Assembly: GCA_951406725.2 (NCBI GenBank) | Contig: OX597816.1 | Coordinates: forward strand, 108,314,001 to 108,378,000 | DNA from: Octopus vulgaris | Taxonomy: Eukaryota | DNA: 64,000 bases | Direction: 5' to 3' | Part shown: one piece after another, positions 54,468 through 64,000 of the stretch | Layout of the letters: each line of letters begins with the position of its first letter | Numbering within the stretch: position 1 is the first letter of the stretch | Translations under genes and position numbers: made by a program | The notes under the pieces: model-generated | What the model was told of the DNA's origin: nothing | Seen by the model: only the letters and a program-made list of their open reading frames with translations | Databases searched by the model: none

Positions 54468-57400
54468 ACTTCCAATCTAAAATATCAATATTTTAAAAAT
54501 ATAAAAATAATAATTTTAAAATAATTAAAGTATGAATGAAAAAATATAAATATATAATCCATATATAACCTATATATAATCCATATATAATCAATATATA
54601 AACAATATATAAACTAAAATAAACCTATCAACAATTAAATATAAAATATAAAATATAAAATATAAAATATAAAACAAAACAAAAAAATAATAATAATATA
54701 ATAATAAACTATATATACACCCATACACATATACCTAATTATATATAACCATATCTAACTACATACACTAAATCACACACCTATATATATATCCCTATAC
54801 ATACACATAAAAACGTCTAGGCAACTATAAATAAATAAAATAGCTAAATACTTCAACACAATACTTATTCATACTCCCACACACACACACATACAACCCA
54901 CATTCACGCTCTAGAAAACGGACATCACTTAAAATTATGAACGGAGAAATGGAATAAATGGAATTAAAAATTATATTCACTTGGTAAAACGAACACTACT
55001 TAAAAATTATGAATGAAACAATGCAATAAAACAACAGACATCGCAAATAGACACAAATTACTACGAATTCCTTAACAAACCTACCATGATAAACCAAAAC
55101 TCATAAAAACATATAATGATAAAATCTCCTTTACTAAACTCTATAACATACCTATATAGCAATCCCCCTAACCTAAACATTCACACACAAATACACACAC
55201 ATAAACCACACACCCACGACATATACAAATACCCACACCACTTACACATACCTATACATACATATAAACCTCAACATATACTCCAAAAACCCACTCAACC
55301 CCACACAGACAAATAAACACAAAAATTATGAATGGATTCTTTTATAAAACTACCATGATAAGCTAAAACTCACAAAACATAAATGATAAAACCTCCCTTT
55401 ACTAAACACTATAACATACTTATATAGCAATCCCTTTAACCTATACATTCACACACAAATACACACACGTAAACCACACACCCATAACAAATACAAACAC
55501 CCACCCCACTCACACACACCCACAAGTACATATAAGCCTCAACATATACACCAAACAAAATTACTTTACCAAGGAACTTAACATATGTATAAAAAATATA
55601 TAACCGCTCTGGAAACGAACATCTTTAAAATAATGAATGGAGAAATGGAATAAATGGAATTAAAAATAATATTCACGTGGCAAAACGAACACCACTCAAA
55701 AATTATGAATGAAACAATGTAATAAAACAACCAACATCGAAAATAGACAAATTACCACGAATTCCCTAAAAAAAACCATGATAAACCAAAACTCTTAAAA
55801 ACATATAACGATAAAATCTCCCTTTGCTAAACTCTATAACAAACCTATATAGCAATCCCCCTAACCTAAACATTCACACACAAAAACACACACGTAAACC
55901 ACAGACCCACAACTTATACACATACCTATACTAACTTATAAACCTCAATATACACCAAAAACCCACTCCCTCCCACAGAGACAAATTAACACATACATCC
56001 CAAAACCTAAATAACAAACCCATATACACATTCACACACAAACACACACACACGCAAAACACACACACACAACAGATACATATACTCCCTCAATATACGC
56101 ATATACATACTCACTAAACTCGATATATACAACAATATTTACACACCCACACTCATACAGATAAATAAATTATACAACTAAAAAGTCACACACAATCTCA
56201 TATACATAAACACTCCAATAAAAAACAACATTAAATACATCGTAATTAACCAGAATATCAAAAATAACAATATGACATAAGGAGAAATAAAATACATACT
56301 TACAAGTCAGTTTCAAATTATGAAGTGAAATTAAATTCTTAGCCGTTAAAAAAATCAAACCAAAATTACGTTACCATAGAATATAACTTATGTAAAAAAA
56401 GAAAAGAATACGCGCCATGGAAAGTAAACGTCATTTAAAATTATGAATGGAGAAATAGAATAAATGGAACTAAAAACTATATCCACGTGGCAAACCATCA
56501 CTACTTTAAAAAAAATTTATTATGAATGGATTCTTTAATAAAACTACCATAATAAATTATTATATACATTTATGAGCTTTAGCTCATCTTAGCAGCTCTA
56601 ACAAACAACTTGCAGTAACCCAAATCTATTCTCGATGCCTGCCTTACTACTACACTATTCCATTCCCAATTCCAAGCAACGCTAGCCCACCACCCAGTTA
56701 CAATTCCCAACTCCACCCATTCATTCACAATTTCAACGACGTTCACCTCCACAGCGCTACATATAAGCCTCAACATATACACCGGAGATTCGCTTTCACA
56801 TCCGTGCGGATGGGTGAGAGTATACATTGAGTGTAGTGATGGGGCTCCCATTACTATACACATTTGTACCTGTGTGGTAGTCTCCATGTGTATATTCACG
56901 CACGGGTATAAATGCAGGGGGTACACGCGCACGGCATGTACGTGTACCCCCTCACATGTACATATGCATGCTAGTTGGGCTCGATATGTGCAACAATGTA
57001 ATCGCGCCCGCATACATGCATATGGGCGAGTTGCACAATCAAAATACGCACACGTGTGTGTGCGTTCCCTGGTTGTGCAATTCACCCATCTGGGTGTGAG
57101 TGGGTGTATGCGTATTGCTGTGGATGTCGAGCTTAATACGTATGTATATGAGTGTGTATTGGGGGGTTGTACGTATTTATTGTGTGCATGTGCTTCACGC
57201 ACGTGCGTCCATGTATGGATGAATATATTGGGATTGCTATGTGGGTGTAAATTGGGTATGGAGGGGGGAGTTTTGTCATTGTATGGGTGTAGGTTTCATT
57301 TGTGATGGTTGTTTGTTGGTGATTTTTAATATGTTCTGTATATTTGGGTTAGTTATGTATTATTCTAGTGTGTATAATTGTATACATATGATTGGTGTAA

Positions 57401-58955
57401 GTGGGATTAAGCCCATTTTTGGGGATGTATGTGTTTATTTGTCCGTATGGGGCGGGAGTGGCCGTTTGGTGTATATTTTGAGGCTCACATGCAATTCCAG
57501 GTACGCGCGAATGAAGTGGGCACTTATATTTGTTATGGGTGTGTATACTTTATTATAACAGACAATACCCAAATAAAATCTGTCAATTCAACATACCAAA
57601 TAAAAAACAAAAAACAAAGGGATCGTAAACATTCACACATACATACAAAACTCAATAAAAACACCACTAAATAACACCCATCAACCAATAAATATATCCT
57701 CCAAAATACATATAACAAATGCATAATAAAAATACATAATAAAATAAAATAAAAATAAAAAAATTAAAAAATTAAAAAATAAAAAAAAATAAAATATAAA
57801 AAATATATAAATAAAGAAAATAAAAAAATCTAATATAAATTATTAAAGTTTTAACATACCATAAACTGTTATATTAATATACATTAAAAATGAACTAATT
57901 AAAACAAAGAAATATCAATAAAGACTAACTATAATTAAAGCCTAGACTACATAACCAACATTCATAATTTTTGAGTGGTGTTCGTTTTGCCACGTGAATA
58001 TTATTTTTAATTCCATTTATTCCATTTCTCCATTCATTATTTTAAAGATGTTCGTTTCCAGAGCGGTTATATATTTTTTATACATATGTTAAGTTCCTTG
58101 GTAAAGTAATTTTGTTTGGTGTATATGTTGAGGCTTATATGTACTTGTGGGTGTGTGTGAGTGGGGTGGGTGTTTGTATTTGTTATGGGTGTGTGGTTTA
58201 CGTGTGTGTATTTGTGTGTGAATGTATAGGTTAAAGGGATTGCTATATAAGTATGTTATAGTATTTAGTAAAGGGAGGTTTTATCATTTATGTTTTGTGA
58301 GTTTTAGCTTATCATGGTAGTTTTATAAAAGAATCCATTCATAATTTTTGTGTTTATTTGTCTGTGTGGGGTTGAGTGGGTTTTTGGAGTATATGTTGAG
58401 GTTTATATGTATATATAGGTATGTAGTGTTCGTTTTACCAAGTGAATATAATTTTTAATTCCATTTATTCCATTTCTCCGTTCATAATTTTAAGTGATGT
58501 CCGTTTTCTAGAGCGTGAATGTAGGTTGTATGTGTGTGTGTGTGTGGGAGTATGAATAAGTATTGTGTTGAAGTATTTAGCTATTTTATTTATTTATAGT
58601 TGCCTAGACGTTTTTATGTGTATGTATAGGGATATATATATAGGTGTGTGATTTAGTGTATGTAGTTAGATATGGTTATATATAATTAGGTATATGTGTA
58701 TGGGTGTATATATAGTTTATTATTATATTATTATTATTTTTTTGTTTTGTTTTATATTTTATATTTTATATTTTATATTTTATATTTAATTGTTGATAGG
58801 TTTATTTTAGTTTATATATTGTTTATATATTGATTATATATGGATTATATATAGGTTATATATGGATTATATATTTATATTTTTTCATTCATACTTTAAT
58901 TATTTTAAAATTATTATTTTTATATTTTAAAATATTGATATTTTAGATTGGAAGT

Positions 58956-58998
58956 CCACCTGAAGATTGTCGATCAAGACAAGAAACAATTGTAGTGG
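58956..58998 (+). ncRNA. Type I HHR
   Basis: ccac-CUGAAGA-uuguc(gaucaa)gacaa-GAAAC-AAUU-GUA-gugg; palindromic ACAAUUGU; predicted cut after A58994. Confidence 0.85.
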
Positions 58999-59508
58999 CG
59001 GTTTTTTTGACTATTTATTAAAATTTTATGTATTGATTAAGTCTTTCCTTGTTTGTTTTGCAAAATAGTGGTTTTGTCTCTAATAATATTTTATAATATT
59101 TTACTATAAAATTGGATTTAATCCTAAATCTGATTTTTTCCCTGTAAATTTGGATTTATTCCCTAATATTTATTATTATATATATATATATATATATATA
59201 TACTGACATACAGACATCATTTATAACTTTTTATGTATGTACTTCGAGAATCAATTCCTCCTCAACCAAAGAAAAAGAATTATATCTACATATCACCATG
59301 TAACCCTACACACGCTTTCCTTGAACTATTTTCCTTCTCCAGACCTTTCTTCTCTCCTCTTTCGAACAAAGAGCCAAGCTCGAAACGTCGTTATACACCA
59401 ACTCTTTTATCCACCTTCATTGAGCGTCAAGCTAATACAATACAATCCATCTGAACGTCCTTTTGACTTTTATTGTTTTGCTATTTGTTATTTTTAATAT
59501 TCGCTCTA

Positions 59509-59562
<54 letters not shown>

Positions 59563-59573
59563 CTGTTTTGTAG

Positions 59574-59847
59574 GTAAAAAAGAATGTAGTGTACTACGCT
59601 TGCTGTGATGAACCATTCCCAGATGTCACTTTCTATATCCATATGAGACGGCGGACTCTATATTATACATACAACGTCATCATTCCGTGCGTTATGTTAT
59701 CTATTCTGACACTGATGGGTTTCTGGATGAGACCAGACAGTGGAGAAAAAGTTACCCTCGGTTTAACTGTGCTACTTGCCTTTTCAGTATTCATGTTACT
59801 GATTGCTGAAAATATGCCGGCTACTTCTAATTTTGTTCCCCTTATAG
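59574..59847 (+). CDS. nAChR alpha subunit, 274-nt exon (loop C YYACCDEPFPD, M1, GEK-M2, M2-M3 loop)
   Basis: ttttgtag|GTAAAA...CTTATAG|gtgagt; vicinal Cys pair defines an alpha subunit; SGEKVTLGLTVLLAFSVFMLLIAENMP is a cation-type M2. Confidence 0.97.
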
Positions 59848-59900
59848 GTGAGTCAATTTCTTTATTAATTTATGCATAAATACACGCACGCACGCATATG

Positions 59901-59955
<55 letters not shown>

Positions 59956-59959
<4 letters not shown>

Positions 59960-60202
59960 AAAAAAATCAAGATAGAAAATGCTAAAATAATTTTATAAAG
60001 AACATTTCAGTACCGGTTTCGGTCATTTTGAGACCTTTTCAACTGTAACGATTAAATAATTAAATTTAGAAAAATTAAAAGAAAAGTTTTTTTAAAGGAA
60101 TATTTGTATAGTGTTCAAATATGAGTGGCATTTTCCTTGTTTCTGCCTTTCACTGTCTCTCTTGTTTACACTTGTGGGTTATTTAATTATAGCTGCTTAT
60201 GT

Positions 60203-60207
<5 letters not shown>
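59956..60207 (-). mobile_element. Solo pLTR-like insert between (TA)n arrays
   Basis: unique ~250 bp bounded by (TA)n on both sides; contains a variant HHR. Confidence 0.6.
60008..60045 (-). ncRNA. Variant HHR-like motif (UUGAAAA core)
   Basis: reverse complement: cag-UUGAAAA-gguc(ucaaaau)gacc-GAAAC-CG-GUA-cug; all three stems form. Confidence 0.65.
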
Positions 60208-60257
<50 letters not shown>

Positions 60258-60312
60258 CACCGTCTTCAAAGTTCATATCGATGTATTCATTTTTCTTTTG
60301 ATGTAGACGTAT

Positions 60313-60420
60313 TCTTCTTCTTCTTCTTCTTCTTCTTCTTCTTCTTCTTCTTCTTCTTCTTCTTCTTCTCTCACTACTACTACTACTACTTCTACTCTTC
60401 CTTCTTCCTCTCCTCCTCCT
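60313..60420. repeat. (TTC)n/(CTA)n/(CTC)n compound microsatellite
   Basis: direct reading. Confidence 0.97.
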
Positions 60421-61159
60421 CGTTCTTTTAGTTCGCGATTCTTCGGTGAAAATATCTTGCGCCATTTGTTCTGATTCTTCATATTTTTAACCCAAATCTC
60501 GCCGAATTCAATTTTTCTTTAAAATAATATATCAGTCGATGGTATCGACTATGCATCCCCTCAAAAGAATGGCCCTGTGCCTACAACAAAAAAATAGATT
60601 TGTATACGAGTCAACAGCTGCCATCCTCACCTACAGATGTGTGACCATGCGCCAAACTCGATATCATTATTATCATCATTGCGAGTCTCCTATCAGCCCG
60701 TGATGAGCAGTAAATTACGTCGGACAAGCTCCCTTGTAGTATTGTTCCGGCTCTTTACGTTCTGTGTCCAAATCCCGCTGAGGTCGGCTTTGCCTTTAAT
60801 CTTTTCAGAATCGACTAAATACAATTCCAAACTAATCGACTAACCCATCCACCAAAATTTCAAGTATCGTTCCTATATTACAAACGAATATATTAAGCAG
60901 AATCATTAGAGCATCGGGCAAAATTTTTAGCATTATTTAATTATAGCTGCTTATGTTCTGAGTTCAAATTCCGCTGAGATCAATTTTGCTTTGCAACTAT
61001 TAAGAAAATAATATTAAGACAAAATTAGTTACAAGAATCAGTAGAGCAGCGGACAAAATTTCATGTGGTATTTCGCTGCTATCCTTTATTTCTATGATTA
61101 TTCCCACCGAGTTCGAATTATCAAGTTATGCTGGGACATCACCTTGAAAAATGGAATCG

Positions 61160-61492
61160 ACCTTAACCCGTTTTTTAAGCCTAGTACTTATTCTATCAGT
61201 CACTTTTGCCGAACTGCAACAAACCGACGTAAACAAACCAATAACGGTTGTTAAGCGGTGGTAGAAGACAAATACAGAAACAAAGATGCACATGCGCGCA
61301 CACGCACATACACATACACACACACTCATAACGAGCTTCTTTTAGTTTCCGTCTATCAAATTCACTCACAAGGCTTCGGTCTGCCCGAGGTTATAGGAGT
61401 AGACACTTGCCAAAGGTATCACGCAGTGGGACCGAGCCCAGACCCCTGTGATTGGGAAGCAAACTTCTTAACACACAGCAACGCCTGTGCCT
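61160..61492 (-). mobile_element. Same SINE family copy
   Basis: agtacttattctatc...gacacttgccaaagg...cacacagcaacgcctgtgcc. Confidence 0.75.
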
Positions 61493-62515
61493 AAATTTCA
61501 CCGTTACATAAACATTCTGTATTACCATTTTCCTTGCGAACATAGATGTTATAAGCTGTTTATTAAAATGCTGTAAAATTATGAAGAGTTGAACTTATAA
61601 CTTTGTTATCAAAGATAAGTGCAAGGTGTCATAAACAGGTAACTATAAATATGACTGAACTTTCTTTTCTGAGCTATTGTAGCATCTCTGTTTCTCGTCT
61701 CCTAATGGAAAGTGCCTTGTTAATGCATTTGTATAAAAAAATATTTTGCTTTATAACAAAGACAAAGACAAAAAGTGAATCAAACAATTCATTAAATGCT
61801 GTTCGCAACATATATTTTCCTCTGGCACTTTCCGTATAGAATAACTACGTCATTAACACAATATATATGGATCCTGAAAGATGAAAAGAAAATGCTGTGA
61901 TGAAATAGTCAATCATTAGAAAGACCCCAGCATACACAGCAATGAATCAAATAGATGTCACTTCTGTCTAGCAGAAAAATTGAACATACGATGTAACTAT
62001 TATATGCTATTCAACAGAATGATCGAACAGGTCTTTAAAGGTAGACTTGAGAATCTATACTCTTCAGACAGTTCCAATAACCGACGATTTGAATAACTGT
62101 CTATATACATAAATCAACTAAGAAAAGCAAAACAAATTAGTACGTTTATATGAGCATTTTACAAGATTCATTTCATATATTTCCTCTCACAAAACATAAC
62201 TAATACTATCGTAATAATATCTAGTAACAATTTCTGCATGTTATTTTGTAGTTTTCTAATTATTATATTAATTCGTTTTTATTTGACATAAGTTTGGGTA
62301 TTTCAGTGTGTCTGTGTGTGTATTTATGTGCATGCCTGTGGTGTATATTTCTGTCTTCTCTCTCATTCTCTGACTGTCTCTCTCTCTCTTTTTCTCTCTC
62401 TTTCTCTGTATGTATATATATACACGAGCGCGGATGTGTGGTGTATACATTATCTTTCAATATTTTTTTATTATACAGCACATTCTTTAATTAGTTATAA
62501 AGCACACATATTCTT

Positions 62516-62680
<165 letters not shown>

Positions 62681-63336
62681 TTGCACCACTTTTTATACTA
62701 TATTAGATGACTTTATATTGTATGTCATTAAAATATATTCATATCTTTAAACTTTATTTTTATCATTAAACATACGTTTGTGTATATCTTGAATCCTGCG
62801 TATCATCCTATATGCATGCGTGTATGTGTGTGTGTGAGTGCGTATGTTTACTGCATAACCTCTGTACCTGTATATTCGGTATATACTTTATACATCTGAT
62901 ATACATGCTTCTCATAATTTGTATAGTATATATTATGATGTATATCTTATCATTTATTTCATTATAATACACGTTATATATTATATCATTTATATTTTGC
63001 AACTTTAGCCGTGTTATTTCTTTTATTCTTTCGTCCTTTTATTGCACTGCGGTTATTTTAACGTATATCGATATACTTATATATATATATATATATATTA
63101 TATATAAAAGGGCTTAGTAAAATAAATTACTTTGCCGCATACTGAACTCATTAGAAATAGCAGCATGTTGTTTGTTGATTTTAACCCACGCTGGTGGAAG
63201 GGGGAGAGCAGAAATTCTTCGCTTGCATATTTGAATTTGCTGGCACTGTTAGTTGCGAGTAGATCTTCGGAGGCGATGGGAAGCCGAATAGGTATGCTCC
63301 TGCTTTCAGTATTTTCAAATCCAAACCAGGGAGTTC

Positions 63337-63389
63337 TGAGCTGATGATAGAAGTGTCGAGTTTGACTAATCTTGAAACGTACGTTCTCA
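63337..63389 (+). ncRNA. Type I HHR, tandem copy 1
   Basis: ugag-CUGAUGA-uaga.guc(gaguuu)gac.ucuu-GAAAC-GUAC-GUU-cuca; palindromic AACGUACGUU. Confidence 0.82.
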
Positions 63390-63896
63390 AATAACCTTTG
63401 CATTTGATTTTTTAATGTTTCTACCCTCATACTTTCGTGAGTTGAATTGAACAAGCACTATATGAGAGAGATTTTCTTTAAGTATTGGAAATAGTTTTAA
63501 AAAAGTTTTTTTTAGCTGCTATTTCTAATGAGTTCAGTATGCGGCAAAGTAATTTATTTTACTAAGCCCTTTTATATAATATAATAATTTGAATTCGTCT
63601 TAAATGGTCCCTTTGCATACTGAATACTTGGTGAAATTGATTAATTAATTAATTTTACCCTCAATTGTTGAAATTATAATTCATCTTTCTCTATTTAATG
63701 CCTCGGATTTTACCGAAAAAAAGCATGTTGTTTGTTGATTTTAACCCACGCTGGTGGAAGGGGGAGAGCAGAAATTCTTCGCTTGCATATTTGAATTTGC
63801 TGGCACTGTTAGTTGCGAGTAGATCTTCGGAGGCGATGGGAAGCCGAATAGGTATGCTCCTGCTTTCAGTGTTTTCAAATCCAAACCAGGGAGTTC

Positions 63897-63949
63897 TGAG
63901 CTGATGATAGAAGTGTCGAGTTTGACTAATCTTGAAACGTACGTTCTCA
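63897..63949 (+). ncRNA. Type I HHR, tandem copy 2
   Basis: identical to 63337-63389. Confidence 0.82.
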
Positions 63950-64000
63950 AATAACCTTTGCATTTGATTTTTTAATGTTTCTACCCTCATACTTTCGTGA

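Larger units (their letters stand above)
54331..59170 (+). mobile_element. Non-autonomous PLE-derived element with long inverted arms
   Basis: 54331-54998 inverts 58422-59093 and 55247-55710 inverts 57960-58425; 3' terminus 59100-59170 matches the terminus of the PLE at 27543; internal ~700-bp-period degenerate repeats; no ORF; (TA)n flanks. Confidence 0.85.
63101..64000 (+). mobile_element. Tandem pLTR / retrozyme-like element, 560-bp period, with 64-bp 5' inverted arm; runs off the window
   Basis: 63162-63440 matches 63722-64000 (one mismatch seen); 63101-63164 inverts 63515-63578; (TA)n on the left. Confidence 0.88.

Noticed and set aside
54900-56560. CRISPR-like repeat/spacer array
   Set aside because: Repeats are long, degenerate and irregular, in a eukaryotic intron with no cas genes.
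63098-63990. Duplicated ~100-aa ORFs as a protein-coding gene
   Set aside because: No recognisable domain; explained by the tandem HHR-bearing repeat.

Overview
AT-rich, microsatellite-dense eukaryotic DNA. The SINE repertoire and repeat landscape look like a coleoid cephalopod, probably Octopus (inference). Four + strand exons (24672-24716, 41385-41494, 53565-53826, 59574-59847) splice in frame into the ligand-binding domain and M1-M2 of a cation-type nicotinic acetylcholine receptor alpha subunit; no 5' or 3' exons were found in the window. The introns are filled with transposon relics: Tx1/L1, R4/Dong, mariner, DD37D-like Tc1, hAT, tRNA-derived SINEs and Penelope-like elements (PLEs). The most striking feature is about a dozen type I minimal hammerhead ribozyme (HHR) motifs from several unrelated sequence families. 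They sit in (TA)n-flanked PLE or retrozyme-like inserts, most with a '5' inverted arm + (partial) tandem pLTR' layout. Highlights: an identical sense-strand HHR pair 560 nt apart, and a >1 kb near-perfect inverted repeat just upstream of the loop C/M1/M2 exon. Most ORFs in the supplied track are microsatellite artefacts. Repeat boundaries were read by eye and are approximate unless stated.
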